A DNA stretch of 64,000 nucleotides from Spirulina sp. (GCA_044070495.1 JBIPSI010000004.1:64001-128000); one strand, 5' to 3'; positions 1-11,162 are shown, counted from the first letter of the stretch. Notes: a model not told the origin generated them from the sequence alone. Numbers and translations are program-made.

Positions 1-114
1 TATGGTGAGGTCTTTGATCGCAACCTAGGGGCCGATTCTCAGTTCGCCCTAGAGCGCGGCCAAAATGCCCTCTGGACTGAAGGCGGGCTGATGTATTCTC
101 CCCCGTTCCGCTAA
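1..114 (+). CDS. natF: C-terminal end of amino-acid ABC transporter substrate-binding protein (AapJ/NatF family), partial at window edge
   Basis: Frame 1 reads YGEVFDRNLGADSQFALERGQNALWTEGGLMYSPPFR*, the typical AapJ/BztA/NatF C-terminus. It lies upstream of two permease genes. Confidence 0.85.
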   Translation, partial: YGEVFDRNLGADSQFALERGQNALWTEGGLMYSPPFR

Positions 115-177
115 AGGGCATTAACGGAGATAGGTTTTGTAGCGGCCCTGTTCTTTAGGGATGGCTAGATACTTTAT

Positions 178-211
178 GGGTCAGAATCTTTTGAAGATTC
201 TGACCCTTTTT
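178..211 (+). terminator. Intrinsic terminator / stabilising hairpin after natF
   Basis: 13-bp perfect stem GGGTCAGAATCTT/AAGATTCTGACCC followed by TTTTT. Confidence 0.75.
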
Positions 212-319
212 ATAAAACCTTGTAACAAATTGAACTTTTCGTGACATCCACCTTAGATTATTTTGCATACAGCTTAGCCACTCCCGTCGGTGCGGAGTAA
301 TGCTCTATAGGTGGCATAG

Positions 320-1504
320 ATGAATAGTAATAGCAGCAGCGAGTCTTTCCCTCAAAAGCTCAAGGCTTTGCTGCGAGATGAACGGTTTTGGCAAATTGCC
401 TTTCAGGTCATTACCCTGGTGGTGGTGGCCATTTTGGCGGCTTTTTTCCTGGGTAACCTCAACCGTAACTTGGCCCAGCAAGGGCGAGCCTTTGGCTTTA
501 GCTTTTTAACTAACCCAGCGGGGTTTAGCATTGGCGAAAGTTTGATTCGGTACCGCCCCAACGATCCCTACTGGCGGGCGCTGATGGTGGGTCTGGGTAA
601 CACCCTCACCCTAGTGGCGGCGGGGATTGTTCTCACAACGACGCTCGGAACAGCGGCGGGGGTGTCTAGCTTTTCTAAGAACTGGCTGGTCCACAAGCTC
701 AGTCGTTTGTACGTGGGCCTGGTGCGCAATGTGCCGCTGCTGTTGCAGTTGTTCTTTTGGTATTTCGCCATCTATGGCACTCTGCCCCGACCCGAAAGCC
801 AAATTAGTCTGTCCAGTCTGGTCTACCTCAACAATCGGGGGGTCTACATCCCTTGGGCTGGAAGTGCGGTGCTAGCTTTGGTAGGGATTGGCGTCACCAT
901 TGCCGCCGCCGTTGGTGCGCTGTGGCTTTGGCAGTGGCGCACCAAACTCCGCATTGAAACGGGCACTGGGGGCCAAAATCAACTGATGGCCCTGGTAGGT
1001 TTGGGGGTTCTGTGGCTGGCGTTTATGGTATTTGGCCTCAACTGGACGTTCCCCGATGGCGTGGAGGGCGGCGGCGTGACGGGCGGGCTGCGGCTCTCGC
1101 GGGAGTATGTAGCCTCCCTGTCGGCCCTGGTGTTTTATACCTCGGCCTTTGTGGCGGAAATTGTGCGGGCGGGCATTCAGTCGGTCTCCAGGGGCCAGTG
1201 GGAAGCGGCCCGTTCCCTGGGGTTTCAGCCCGGTTTGGTGATGCGGCTGGTGGTGTTTCCCCAGGCCCTGCGGGTGATTATTCCGCCCATGAACAGCGAA
1301 TTCATGAACCTGACCAAAAACACCAGTTTGGCCTTTGCCATCGCCTTTCCTGAAATGTATTCCGTGGCCAACACCACCTACAACCAAACCGGACGCCCAG
1401 TGGAGGTCTTTGTGGTGCTGATGGCCACCTACCTCATTCTCTGCTTGCTGATTACCCTGGCCATGAACCAGCTCAACCGCGCCGTGCAGTTTAAGGAACG
1501 CTAA
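320..1504 (+). CDS. natG: Polar amino-acid ABC transporter permease (AapQ/NatG)
   Basis: Multi-TM protein with RNVPLLLQLFFWY and the EAA loop AEIVRAGIQSVSRGQWEAARSLG. Confidence 0.88.
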   Translation: MNSNSSSESFPQKLKALLRDERFWQIAFQVITLVVVAILAAFFLGNLNRNLAQQGRAFGFSFLTNPAGFSIGESLIRYRPNDPYWRALMVGLGNTLTLVAAGIVLTTTLGTAAGVSSFSKNWLVHKLSRLYVGLVRNVPLLLQLFFWYFAIYGTLPRPESQISLSSLVYLNNRGVYIPWAGSAVLALVGIGVTIAAAVGALWLWQWRTKLRIETGTGGQNQLMALVGLGVLWLAFMVFGLNWTFPDGVEGGGVTGGLRLSREYVASLSALVFYTSAFVAEIVRAGIQSVSRGQWEAARSLGFQPGLVMRLVVFPQALRVIIPPMNSEFMNLTKNTSLAFAIAFPEMYSVANTTYNQTGRPVEVFVVLMATYLILCLLITLAMNQLNRAVQFKER

Positions 1505-1507
1505 GGC

Positions 1508-2725
1508 ATGACCACCGTTACCCCCAAATCCCTCTCCTCGGCCCCGCCTGAGGTATTGGCCCTTGGCCCCGTGGCCTGGGCCAAAAAGAATCTCTTTAGC
1601 GATTGGTTCAATAGCCTACTGACGGTGGTGATTGTCACCATCTTTGGCCTAGGGCTGTTTCGCCTGCTGAATTGGGCCTTCACCACCGCCCAGTGGCAGG
1701 TGATTCCCAACAACTTCGGGTTGTTCATGACCGGGACGTTTCCCTCCGCCCTTTATCCGCGAATTTGGATTCTGCTGGCGATTATCTGTGCCCTAGCGGG
1801 GTTGTCCTGGGGGGTGTTGGGCCGCAATCTCTCCACCCTGTTTAGCCGCAATGTGTTGATTGGTCTGGGGGTAGTCTGTGCCTTCATCGTGCTGTTTCCC
1901 CCCACTCGGCCCCACACCCTAAAGCTGCTGCCCATGGTCGCCATCGTGGCCGGGACAGCGGCGGCAGGTCGCCAAGTGGGGCGCAAATTTCCGGGGGTGG
2001 GCAAGTGGGTCTCCCTCAGTTGGTTTTTGTCCTATTTCGTGGCGATTTGGCTGATTGGCGGTGGCTTGGGTCTCACCCGTGTCTCCACCAACGACTGGGG
2101 CGGCCTAGTGCTCACCCTGTTCACGGCGGTGAGCGGCATTGCCCTGTGTTTTCCCCTCGGCCTCATCCTAGCCCTGGGCCGACGCAGCACCCTGCCCGTG
2201 GTGCGCTGGCTCTCCACGGCCTACATCGAACTGGTGCGGGGGGTGCCCTTGGTGGCCCTGCTGTTCATGGGGCAGGTCATGATTCCGCTGTTTTTACCCG
2301 TGGGGGCGCGGCCCGACCGCGTTTTGCGAGCCATTATCGCCTTGGCCTTGTTTAGTGCGGCTTACCTCGCCGAAAACGTGCGGGCAGGTTTGCAGGCGGT
2401 GCCCCGTGGCCAGCAAGAAGCGGCCATGTCCCTCGGCCTCAACACCCCCATGACCCTCGGCCTGATTGTACTTCCCCAAGCCCTCAAGATCGCTATTCCT
2501 GCCATTGTGGGGCAGTTCATTAGTCTGTTCCAAGACACCACCCTATTGGCTGTGGTCGGCTTGGCGGAACTGCTGGGCATTGGCCGATCTATTCTGGCCA
2601 ACCCCACCTACCTGGGCCGTTACGCCGAGGTCTATCTCTTCCTGGCGGTGATCTACTGGTTCTTCTGCTATGCCATGTCTTTGGGGAGCCGCAAGATTGA
2701 GGAGAAGTTGAACAACGAACACTAG
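1508..2725 (+). CDS. natH: Polar amino-acid ABC transporter permease (AapM/NatH)
   Basis: WAKKNLFSDWFNSLLT, YIELVRGVPL, AENVRAGLQAVPRGQQEAAMSLG motifs. Confidence 0.88.
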   Translation: MTTVTPKSLSSAPPEVLALGPVAWAKKNLFSDWFNSLLTVVIVTIFGLGLFRLLNWAFTTAQWQVIPNNFGLFMTGTFPSALYPRIWILLAIICALAGLSWGVLGRNLSTLFSRNVLIGLGVVCAFIVLFPPTRPHTLKLLPMVAIVAGTAAAGRQVGRKFPGVGKWVSLSWFLSYFVAIWLIGGGLGLTRVSTNDWGGLVLTLFTAVSGIALCFPLGLILALGRRSTLPVVRWLSTAYIELVRGVPLVALLFMGQVMIPLFLPVGARPDRVLRAIIALALFSAAYLAENVRAGLQAVPRGQQEAAMSLGLNTPMTLGLIVLPQALKIAIPAIVGQFISLFQDTTLLAVVGLAELLGIGRSILANPTYLGRYAEVYLFLAVIYWFFCYAMSLGSRKIEEKLNNEH

Positions 2726-3125
2726 CTAGGAGCGCGGGGAGTCGGAATTAGAGCGTCGGGAGTTGGGAGCAATACCCAATCCGAGTTAGAAAATTCCGCA
2801 TTCCCAATCCGACAAACCGTAGGGTCGAGGTCTCCTCGCCCGTTGATATGGAGGTAAGCCAGCCAGATTTGGGGTGAGGAGTTGGGGATAGCGGCCCAGC
2901 AACGCTTAAGCACCGGGCCAAACCATCCTTCACCGATCCCCATCGTGTAACAGTTAACAGTTTGCCGTCCCGAAACCTTTTAGGGTTAAGGCAAAATAGC
3001 AATACCTGGGGTTGCTCCTAGGGGAATTGACAGCATCGGCAGGGCAAATGGGTTAAGCCAAGCTCGCCCAACCCTCAGAATTACAGATACCGAAAACACC
3101 GAACGATATCGATAAGGAAAAGCCC

Positions 3126-3905
3126 ATGACACAGTTTCAAACGGAGCAACCCTCTGCTCACCACATGACCGGCGAACCCGTGATTGTGGCCCGCGACGTG
3201 GAAAAGTGGTACGACAACGGCTTCCACGTGCTCAAGGGCGTCAGCATGACCGTCTACAAGGGGGAGGTGCTGGTGGTGATGGGGCCGTCTGGGTCGGGTA
3301 AATCCACCTTCATTCGCACCTTCAATGCCCTAGAGCCCTACCAAAAGGGCAGCATCGAAGTAGACGGCATCACCATTTCCCACGACCTGAAAAATATTGA
3401 AGCCATCCGGCGCGAGGTGGGCATGGTGTTTCAGCAGTTCAACCTGTTTCCCCACCTCACGGTGCTGCAAAACGTCACCCTCGCACCCATTTGGGTACGC
3501 CGCTGGCCTAAGGCGAAGGCCCAAGATGTGGCCATGCAGCTTTTGGAGCGGGTGGGCATTTTAGAACAGGCCCACAAATTCCCTGGACAACTCTCCGGCG
3601 GGCAGCAGCAGCGGGTGGCCATCGCCCGTTCCCTGGCCATGCAGCCCAAGGTGATGCTATTCGATGAACCCACCTCCGCCCTTGACCCGGAAATGGTGCG
3701 GGAGGTGCTCGATGTAATGCGTACCCTGGCGGATTCTGGCATGACCATGGTGTGCGTCACCCACGAAGTGGGCTTTGCCCGCGAGGTGGCCGACCGAGTG
3801 GTGCTCATGGATGGCGGTTACCTCGTCGAGGAAAACACCCCCCAAGAATTCTTCAGCAACCCCCGCGAAGATCGCACCCAGAAATTTCTCTCCCAGATTC
3901 TTTAA
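3126..3905 (+). CDS. bgtA: Amino-acid ABC transporter ATP-binding protein (AapP/BgtA/GlnQ family)
   Basis: Walker A GPSGSGKS, signature [13 protein letters not shown], Walker [14 protein letters not shown]-loop VTHE. Confidence 0.85.
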   Translation: MTQFQTEQPSAHHMTGEPVIVARDVEKWYDNGFHVLKGVSMTVYKGEVLVVMGPSGSGKSTFIRTFNALEPYQKGSIEVDGITISHDLKNIEAIRREVGMVFQQFNLFPHLTVLQNVTLAPIWVRRWPKAKAQDVAMQLLERVGILEQAHKFPGQLSGGQQQRVAIARSLAMQPKVMLFDEPTSALDPEMVREVLDVMRTLADSGMTMVCVTHEVGFAREVADRVVLMDGGYLVEENTPQEFFSNPREDRTQKFLSQIL

Positions 3906-4000
3906 TCCTAGGAACGATCCTCACGTCGGTTCAAACCCTCGTTTCACCGGTGCTAAGCCTATAAGTTGCTAAGCCTATAAAGGGACTTTGCGCCCCTTTA

Positions 4001-4149
4001 TATAGCGAGTTTCAATCGAGTGAAGTACACCGCGAGGATCCCCCCTGCCCCCCTTATTAAGGGGGGTAAAAGGCTAATCTTCTATAGCTAGAAATCGGGG
4101 GGATCTGAAGCTCGGAAAATATTTACCTCACTGAACCGAGAACCGCTAT
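4001..4149 (+). mobile_element. ~150-bp MITE-like element, family A, copy 1
   Basis: Ends TATAGCGAGTTTC...GAGAACCGCTAT. Internal GATCCCCCCTGCCCCCCTTATTAAGGGGGG and GGGGGGATCT. Homologous to 45582, 49796 and 60705. Confidence 0.7.
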
Positions 4150-4258
4150 CGTTTTTTTGGCGCGTAGAAAAATCTCCCTTGAGAACCAAGTCGCAACACT
4201 TATCCTCTTCGGTTCATCCCTTTAAGTCAGCAACGCCATTCATCAGCCGCTAACCACA

Positions 4259-6100
4259 TTAATCGATGGTCAGACTAAAGGGCATCCGCAGGTAGAGGCC
4301 GCGTGGGTCGTTGAGGGTCTGCACTAGGGTCAGGCTTTCGTTGAGCAGGCGTTGGCCTTGGGCGGTGAGGAGATCCGGCGATGGGGAGGCCTGGGCTTGG
4401 GTGGACAGGAAAGAGGCCCAGAATTGTTGCCAGTCGCTCGGCTGTGGGTAACTTTCTAAACGCCAGTCGTCGCCTAGTTCCGCCAGTTCCGCAGCCTTCT
4501 CAATGGCCACCTGTAGTCCCCCTAATTCATCAACGAGGCCCAAGCCTTGGCTGGTTTGGCCCGACCATACCCGCCCCTGGGCAATGTTGGCTACCTGTTC
4601 GCGGGGCAACTCCCGACCCGACTCAACCCGATCCAGAAAGGCGGTATAGAGGGTATCGACGGTGGATTGGAGGATGGCGAGTTCCTGATCAGTCTTGGGC
4701 CGCGAGATCGAAAAGATATCGGCCAGTTCAGCGGTTTTCACCCCTTCCCAGTTCAGCCCCACGGTGTTGCTGAGATTTTCTAGGTTGAGGAAAAGGCTAA
4801 ACACACCAATGGATCCGGTAATCGTGCCCGGTTGGGCCACAATGGCATCGGCGCTGGCGGCAATCCAGTAGCCCCCAGAGGCCGCCACATCCCCCATGGA
4901 CACCACCACCGGAATGCCCTCGGCCTGGATTAGCTGAATTTCCCGCAGGATCACCTCCGAGGCCAAGGCGCTGCCCCCCGGACTGTTCACCCGCAGCACC
5001 ACCGCCTTTACCTGGTCATCCTGGCGCAGTTGGCGCAGTTGGCGGGCCAGGGTATCGCCTGCAATCAGCCCTGTCCCCAGCCCGTCACCTCCCGCTTCGC
5101 CGTAGACAATCGGCCCCTCGGCGTAGACCACCGCCACCTGGGATTTGGCGTTACGGTTGGCCCAGGCATCCTCCACGGTGGTGGCATAGGTAGGTAGATC
5201 AATCTGTCGAAAGTCGGCCTCATCCGTATCCGGGGATTCTTCTCCGGTGAGTTCTCTCAGGGCGGTCACCACCTCATCTTCGTAGGCCAGTTCGTCCACT
5301 AACCCCTGGGTTTTAGCCGCCTCCCCAAACAGAAACCCTTGGGTATTGGCAATGGTCTGAAGTTGTTGGGGCGAAAGGGATCGGGCGGTGGAAATATCCG
5401 TCAGCAGCCCTTGCCACAGGTCTTGCAATAGGCGCTGGGTTTGCTCCCGTTCTTCGGGACTCATGGTGCTGTTGGTAAAAGGTTCCACCGCCGACTTGTA
5501 GGCTCCGGTGCGGGTGACCTGAACGCCAATGCCCAGTTTATCCAGGGCATCGGCCTGGTATAGGGTTTCGCTGTAGAGGCCGTTCATTTCCAGGTCGCCA
5601 AAGGGATGCAGGTAGAGGGTATCCGCCAGGGCCACCAGGGCATATTCCCGCTCGCTCCAGTCCACATCGTAGGCCAGGATGGGTTTGCCCGATGCCTTAA
5701 AGCGGGTGAGGGCCTGGTAAATTTCCTGCTGATTCGCTAACCCAGTCCCCACCGTCGTGGGGCTTCCCTTGAGGTAGAGGGCGACGATTTGATCATCCTC
5801 GGCGGCGGCATCTATGGCCAAAACCGCCTGCCGCAGGGACACCTGGGGCGGCACCGGGCCATTGACGACAAAATCCCCTGGGCCTTGAAAAATGGGCGAG
5901 TCGGGAACCAAGGTGGAGAGGTCGTACACCAGCACGGAATCCTTTTCCACCGTTGGACTATCGCCGCCGCCCCTGGCAAGGCTGGCCACCAAGGCCCCGG
6001 CCAACCCCACCGCTCCCAGGGTAAGCAAAAAGCCCATCAGCAGAAAGAACAAAATCGATCCGGTGAGGCTGGCCAGGGTGTATTTCAAAAACTGCCGCAT
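4259..6100 (-). CDS. sppA: Signal peptide peptidase SppA (67K type, protease IV)
   Basis: KAVVLRVNSPGGS, SMGDVAASGGYW, TGSIGV, AQGRVWSG motifs, plus an N-terminal TM. Start placed at MRQFLK (6100). Confidence 0.93.
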   Translation of the reverse strand: MRQFLKYTLASLTGSILFFLLMGFLLTLGAVGLAGALVASLARGGGDSPTVEKDSVLVYDLSTLVPDSPIFQGPGDFVVNGPVPPQVSLRQAVLAIDAAAEDDQIVALYLKGSPTTVGTGLANQQEIYQALTRFKASGKPILAYDVDWSEREYALVALADTLYLHPFGDLEMNGLYSETLYQADALDKLGIGVQVTRTGAYKSAVEPFTNSTMSPEEREQTQRLLQDLWQGLLTDISTARSLSPQQLQTIANTQGFLFGEAAKTQGLVDELAYEDEVVTALRELTGEESPDTDEADFRQIDLPTYATTVEDAWANRNAKSQVAVVYAEGPIVYGEAGGDGLGTGLIAGDTLARQLRQLRQDDQVKAVVLRVNSPGGSALASEVILREIQLIQAEGIPVVVSMGDVAASGGYWIAASADAIVAQPGTITGSIGVFSLFLNLENLSNTVGLNWEGVKTAELADIFSISRPKTDQELAILQSTVDTLYTAFLDRVESGRELPREQVANIAQGRVWSGQTSQGLGLVDELGGLQVAIEKAAELAELGDDWRLESYPQPSDWQQFWASFLSTQAQASPSPDLLTAQGQRLLNESLTLVQTLNDPRGLYLRMPFSLTID

Positions 6101-6948
6101 GGGAGGGATCTCACGCAAGGATAGTGGCTACTAATGTACTGCAACGGAGCAGTGGATAGCTGGCACCCAAGGAAAATGGAGATTTACCAGCACTAACAGG
6201 ATTGAGCAGGGCATCTTAGCAAAAACTTCATGGGACGGCCTAGACCTCTTCAACTAAACTTCTTGATCTAGGATGAAAACGGGCTTTATTCTTAAATTTA
6301 GCTTTAATTTTACCGCAGAAACACTGAAAAGGTTATCGGTAGACGACCACACCCACCTGCGTAGATTTGCGTTGCACAGATGCTCTTGCCCCATCATGAT
6401 GATGGAGATGCGCTAGGTATGCTCAGAGTCAGCCCATAACCTAAAAGCCCCGAGATGAGCTGTCAGGCTAAATTTCAATAACATTCCAGATTGCAGCCAT
6501 CGCCAATGCGGTCAGCTTGAGCAAAGACATCTTTACTTTTAGAAGGTATCTATGAATTCTTAAATTTTTGGCAAGTTATTTTTATCGAAATGCTCTGCTA
6601 CCTGTTAGGCAGCTTCATTGTCATTGCCAGATTGCCAACTATGCGGCAACAACATTCCCTTCCTTGATACATCGATAAAAATGAACAATGTTTAGTCGGC
6701 TGTTGATTTTCAAAGAGTACTTGAAGACCGACCTGTTGTAGCTTTAGCCATCCGTCTATTTCCCCTACCCCATTGCCAGCCGGTATTGAGGGGAATACTT
6801 ACTTTAGCTACAGCTAATAGAGCCTGTCAAACATCCTCTCAATCTGTGGATTCAAATGCACAGAAAACAATTTACATATTCAGTTCTTTTCCTTGAATAG
6901 CTTGATTTCCACAGATTAATTTTGTTTAGCCTAAGTAGCGAGGTCTTT

Positions 6949-8151
6949 ATGTTCTACTCTGAACCTCTTTCAGCAAAAACTCTTGGCTTTTCAGTTCGTA
7001 AAGTCAACACCTTAGTAGGTTATTCGTCGTTATACGAATTTGAAGACTTTATTGGGACGGTCAGTAATTTTGATTTGCTCGAGGTTCAAGACTTCAAAAG
7101 TATTGACAGGAGCCGCAAGGTATTTAAGACCCTTCGGAAGTTTGACAAATCAGGAAGACTCAGTCAACTTTTGGCCCCAAGTTTTATTCCTGAGAGAAGC
7201 CGATTTTATCTCGACAAAAAATACGATTTTCTGATTTATACTTTCAATAGCGTTTTCGAGTTATTTCTATTTCGATCCGTGCAGGGATGGCAGGATAAAG
7301 CGCGGCACAAAGCCTGTTTCATCAATGAACTTTGGGAGGCAGAATTAAAGGATAGTGACTATCTGATTGAGCTAGCTAAGGATTTCGACCATATCTTTGT
7401 GGGCCTACATCACTGTGTTGAAACCGTCACCCGTCTTACAGGTAAGCCTTGTACCTACTTGCCCTTAGGGGTTGACGCTCTAAAATTTAATCCCTTTATC
7501 ACTCCGGCCAAGCCCTCGGGTATTGATATTTGTAATATTGGTCGCCGCTCTGAGATTACCCACAAAGTTTTACAAGAGTTGGCCCATCGAAATAACTGGT
7601 TCTATTATTACGACACGATCTCTGCCAAAAGTGTCGTCGATCCTGCACTACACATCACTTTCCACGTGAAAGATCATCAAGAGCATCGCGCTCTATACTC
7701 TAATCTTCTCAAGCGCAGTCGCTACTTCATTGCTAATCGAGCCATGGTGAATCGATTTAAATCCGAAAGTGGCAAAGATGAAATTCCGGCACGCTACTTC
7801 GAGGGTTGTGCTGCGGGTACCATTATGCTCGGTGAGCCTCCCAACAACCCAGTCTTCAGAGACTATTTTGGATGGGAAGACGCGGTCATTGCTGCCCCCT
7901 TTGACGCCCCTCATATTGGCGACATCATTACAGAGTTAGAGGCTCAACCAGAACGATTGGCCACTATCCAACGAAATAATGTCATTCATGCCCTCCGTCA
8001 GCATGACTGGCTACATCGGTTACGGACGATTTATAACGCCTTCGATCTACCTTACACTCCCGCCATGGAGGAACGGGCGGCTCAAATTAATGCGTTAGTT
8101 GACCAAGTGCATCGGTCAGGGGCCTCTGAGGCAGCACTGTATGCCACCTAG
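6949..8151 (+). CDS. Putative glycosyltransferase (CgeB / Glyco_trans_1_2-like)
   Basis: C-terminal ARYFEGCAAGTIMLG and HDWLHRL motifs typical of CgeB-like GTs. ATG at 6949 follows GAGG. Confidence 0.7.
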   Translation: MFYSEPLSAKTLGFSVRKVNTLVGYSSLYEFEDFIGTVSNFDLLEVQDFKSIDRSRKVFKTLRKFDKSGRLSQLLAPSFIPERSRFYLDKKYDFLIYTFNSVFELFLFRSVQGWQDKARHKACFINELWEAELKDSDYLIELAKDFDHIFVGLHHCVETVTRLTGKPCTYLPLGVDALKFNPFITPAKPSGIDICNIGRRSEITHKVLQELAHRNNWFYYYDTISAKSVVDPALHITFHVKDHQEHRALYSNLLKRSRYFIANRAMVNRFKSESGKDEIPARYFEGCAAGTIMLGEPPNNPVFRDYFGWEDAVIAAPFDAPHIGDIITELEAQPERLATIQRNNVIHALRQHDWLHRLRTIYNAFDLPYTPAMEERAAQINALVDQVHRSGASEAALYAT

Positions 8152-8257
8152 CTATCACCCGCCGTTAGCCCCATAGGAAATACCGTACAGCCAAGCTAAC
8201 CGTAAACTCCCATGGAGGACGGTTGGCCAATGATCCCAGGGCTTAATTCATAAACGC

Positions 8258-8677
8258 CTAGCCATGTTGGTGTGCTTGCACCCGCTTAGCCTGCTGAATC
8301 CAGTTACTCACTTGGTCGGGGGTGGGGCAAAGGTCTGATCGCTGCATGGTTTTGACATGGAGACGCTTAATGCGGGTGTAGAGGGTGGGGGCAGCACTGT
8401 CGGCCAATTGCTTCACCGACACAATACCCGCATGGAGCAGTAGCCCGCTGTAGGTGCAGCCCACCGCGGGCAGTCGCGCCAGTTCTGCCAAAATCACCCA
8501 TTTAGCAATGTAGCGTTCTGGCACAGCCAGAGCTGTGGCCAGGGCTTGGCGCTGGGCCGGAGATTGTCCCTGACGACGCAGGTGCTCTGTGGTCGTTAAT
8601 CCGTGGCTTGCCAAGGACTGGGCCTGGGGTGCGCTCAACCCCGGTAGGTTTTGAATGGGAAAATTACTGAGATTCAT
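8258..8677 (-). CDS. DUF4332 domain protein (helix-hairpin-helix)
   Basis: IQNLPGL, LARLPAVGCTYSGLLLHAGI and VSNWIQQAK patterns. Confidence 0.75.
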   Translation of the reverse strand: MNLSNFPIQNLPGLSAPQAQSLASHGLTTTEHLRRQGQSPAQRQALATALAVPERYIAKWVILAELARLPAVGCTYSGLLLHAGIVSVKQLADSAAPTLYTRIKRLHVKTMQRSDLCPTPDQVSNWIQQAKRVQAHQHG

Positions 8678-8775
8678 GATCGCCCTTGTGATTGAAAAAG
8701 CCCCAGGGAAACCACACCGGAGAATGGGGCCATGGGGCAAAAAAGCAAGCTATACTAATGAGGGCCTAGGGCCTC

Positions 8776-8849
8776 CGGGATGTAGCGCAGCTTGGTAGCG
8801 CGCCTGCTTTGGGAGCAGGATGTCGCAGGTTCAAATCCTGTCATCCCGA
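8776..8849 (+). tRNA. trnP: tRNA-Pro (anticodon UGG), CCA not encoded
   Basis: CGGGATG acceptor stem pairs with CATCCCG. D-arm GCGCAGCTTGGTAGCGC, anticodon arm CCTGC-TTTGGGA-GCAGG, T-loop GGTTCAAATCC. Confidence 0.97.
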
Positions 8850-8920
8850 TTATCCATCTTTTTGACTGTCACACTCTCCACCCCTCCCCTGTCCTACCCT
8901 CACTAGGATAGAGGTGCGGT

Positions 8921-9700
8921 ATGGTAAAATCCCTCAAAAATTTGGAAGGCGTTATGCGCAAACTGTTCCCCCGTGCTGGTTTATCCGTTTCTTTGGTTGG
9001 TGCTGTAACCGGTGGGTTATTGCTCGGTATGTTTGGTTTGGCGCAGCGGGCCTGGGCCTTAACTGCCGAACAAATTGCTAGCAGGCTCACCCAAGTTCCG
9101 GTTTTTGTCATTTTGGATGCCCAGGGGGAAAGGCTCAAGGCCGTCAGTGAGTCCGATGAAAATGTCCAGGCTCCGGTCGTCTTTTTGGATGGCCAAACGG
9201 CGGCGACAGTGCTGTCTCAGGTGGAGGCCGGTGGACAGCAGGCTCAAATTGAAGTCATTGACCTAGCCAGTCTCTATCGGGAAGTGGTGGACAGCGAGGG
9301 TGTTGCGCCCCTGCTGTATTTTCCCATCCGAGACGAACTGGCGGCGGCGGTTGAGTTGGAACCGGAATTCCAGGGAGTGCCCCTGTTTATTCCGCGCCGG
9401 GGCGACAGCGATGCCTATCTGCCCTTTGTCCAGGGGGATGAGGTCTCGTTGCCGATGTTCTTTTCCCGCGAAGACCTGCAAACCTATGTAGACTGGGTCT
9501 TTGAAGAAAACCCCGCCGGGGCCGAGGAAATTACGGTGGAGGTGGTGTCCCTAGAGTGGCTCTTGGCCTCCATGGCCGCCAGCGAAGATACCACCACCGA
9601 TAACCAATTCAGCCAGGTGCGTCTCTTCCCCTCCAGCGATGTACTGGAATTCATCAACATGATCCGCGAACGGCAGGGTCAACCTGCCCCCGCCGAGTAG
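8921..9700 (+). CDS. Tic22 family periplasmic protein
   Basis: Signal peptide ...AWALTAEQIASRLTQVPVFVI, FQGVPLF, PMFFSREDL. The start could also be 8954. Confidence 0.8.
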   Translation: MVKSLKNLEGVMRKLFPRAGLSVSLVGAVTGGLLLGMFGLAQRAWALTAEQIASRLTQVPVFVILDAQGERLKAVSESDENVQAPVVFLDGQTAATVLSQVEAGGQQAQIEVIDLASLYREVVDSEGVAPLLYFPIRDELAAAVELEPEFQGVPLFIPRRGDSDAYLPFVQGDEVSLPMFFSREDLQTYVDWVFEENPAGAEEITVEVVSLEWLLASMAASEDTTTDNQFSQVRLFPSSDVLEFINMIRERQGQPAPAE

Positions 9701-9771
9701 GACAGTATTCCTAGGCGATGGTATCCGTCGCCCAAGACTAGAAGCCCCGCCTAGAGATTGAACCATCATTG

Positions 9772-9809
9772 TCCCTCTCCCGTGGGGAGAGGGATTTAGG
9801 ACGAGGGGA
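9772..9809. repeat. Small palindromic dispersed repeat CCCTCTCCC-N-GGGAGAGGG...AGGG
   Basis: Nearly identical copy at 38939-38975. Confidence 0.65.
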
Positions 9810-9884
9810 ACTCCGGGTGTGAAGCTGGGCAAGGTTTAGATACTGATGGTGTAGACGATTATCGCGATATCCGCCCAACACCGA

Positions 9885-11162
9885 CTATAGATATTCACGG
9901 CCCAGGTAGGGTTGGAGCACCTCCGGCACCCGCACGGAGCCGTTAGCCTCTTGGTAGTTTTCCAAGATGGCCGCCATGGTGCGACCAACGGCGAGGCCAG
10001 AACCGTTGAGGGTATGGAGGTACTGGGTGCCCTTTTGGCCAGGGGATTTAAACCGAATGTTGGCGCGGCGAGCCTGGAAATCGAGGCAGTTGGAGCAGCT
10101 CGAAATTTCCCGGTAGCGCCCCGCCGAGGGCATCCACACCTCTAGGTCGTAGGTTTTGCAGCTTGAGAAGCCCAGATCGCCGGTACAGAGGGCCAGCACT
10201 CGGTAGGGCAGCTTCAGCTTTTGCAGAATGTCTTCGGCATCAGCTACGAGGGCTTCCAGTTCATCAAAGGAGGTATCGGGGTGGACGAACTTGTACATCT
10301 CCACCTTGTTGAACTGGTGCAGCCGAATCAGGCCACGGGTATCTTTGCCGTAGCTGCCCGCCTCGCGACGGAAGCAGGGGGTATAGGCGCAGTAGTGGAT
10401 GGGTAGATCCTCGGCGGAGAGGATGTCATCGCGATGGAGGTTGGTGAGGGGCACCTCGGCGGTGGGGGTGAGCCACAGATCATCGTCGCTGCACCGGAAG
10501 CTTTCTTCGGCAAATTTGGGCAGTTGCCCCGATGCCGTGAGGGCTGCCGAGTTGACCAGGTAGGGCGGCATGATTTCCTGGTAGCCCGCCTGGGTGTGGC
10601 GATCTAGCATGAAGGAAATCAGGGCGCGTTCTAGGGCGGCTCCGGCTCCTATCAACGTCACAAAGCGGCTCTGGGCAATTTTCTCGGCGGCGCGCTTAAA
10701 GTCTAGGATGCCAAGGGTTTCGCCGATCTCCCAGTGAGGCTGGATGGGGTGCTGAGGTTGCAGATCGTCGCCCCAGCGGCGCACCTCCACATTCTCGGTT
10801 TCGTCAGAACCCACGGGGGTGGTTTCACTGGGAAGGTTGGGTAGGGTGAGTAGAAACGCCTCAATTTGGGCCTTCAGATCCCGCTCCTGGGGTTCTAGGG
10901 TTTGTAGTTCCGCCTTCACCTGGTTACCGGATTCCTTCAGGGCCGACACCTCTGGGCCATTGGGGGCGGCCCCGGCTTTGATGGCTTGGCCCACCTGTTT
11001 GCCAATGTCGTTGCTGCGGGCCTGAAGTTGGGATCGCACCGTTTCAATCTGGCGCTGTTGTAGATCCAACGCCAGCAGGGGGGCAAGGTCGTAGCTACCC
11101 CGCTTGGCCAGGGCTGCCTGTACCTGATCTGGGTTTTCCCGTATTTGCCTTAAGTCCAGCAC
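9885..11162 (-). CDS. serS: Serine--tRNA ligase
   Basis: [51 protein letters not shown]. Confidence 0.98.
   Translation of the reverse strand: MLDLRQIRENPDQVQAALAKRGSYDLAPLLALDLQQRQIETVRSQLQARSNDIGKQVGQAIKAGAAPNGPEVSALKESGNQVKAELQTLEPQERDLKAQIEAFLLTLPNLPSETTPVGSDETENVEVRRWGDDLQPQHPIQPHWEIGETLGILDFKRAAEKIAQSRFVTLIGAGAALERALISFMLDRHTQAGYQEIMPPYLVNSAALTASGQLPKFAEESFRCSDDDLWLTPTAEVPLTNLHRDDILSAEDLPIHYCAYTPCFRREAGSYGKDTRGLIRLHQFNKVEMYKFVHPDTSFDELEALVADAEDILQKLKLPYRVLALCTGDLGFSSCKTYDLEVWMPSAGRYREISSCSNCLDFQARRANIRFKSPGQKGTQYLHTLNGSGLAVGRTMAAILENYQEANGSVRVPEVLQPYLGREYL

Noticed and set aside
222..235. NtcA box GTA-N8-AAC upstream of natG
   Set aside because: Imperfect match to GTA-N8-TAC; could arise by chance in AT-rich DNA
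3951..3980. 14-bp direct repeat TGCTAAGCCTATAA x2
   Set aside because: Only two copies next to the bgtA 3' hairpin; most likely a local duplication
8776..8870. tRNA-Pro as an integration site
   Set aside because: No integrase and no duplicated tRNA 3' end seen; flanking genes are housekeeping-like
9724..9755. AGAAGCCCCGCC resembling an IS200/IS605 end
   Set aside because: No complementary arm and no tnpA/tnpB nearby; too short to support
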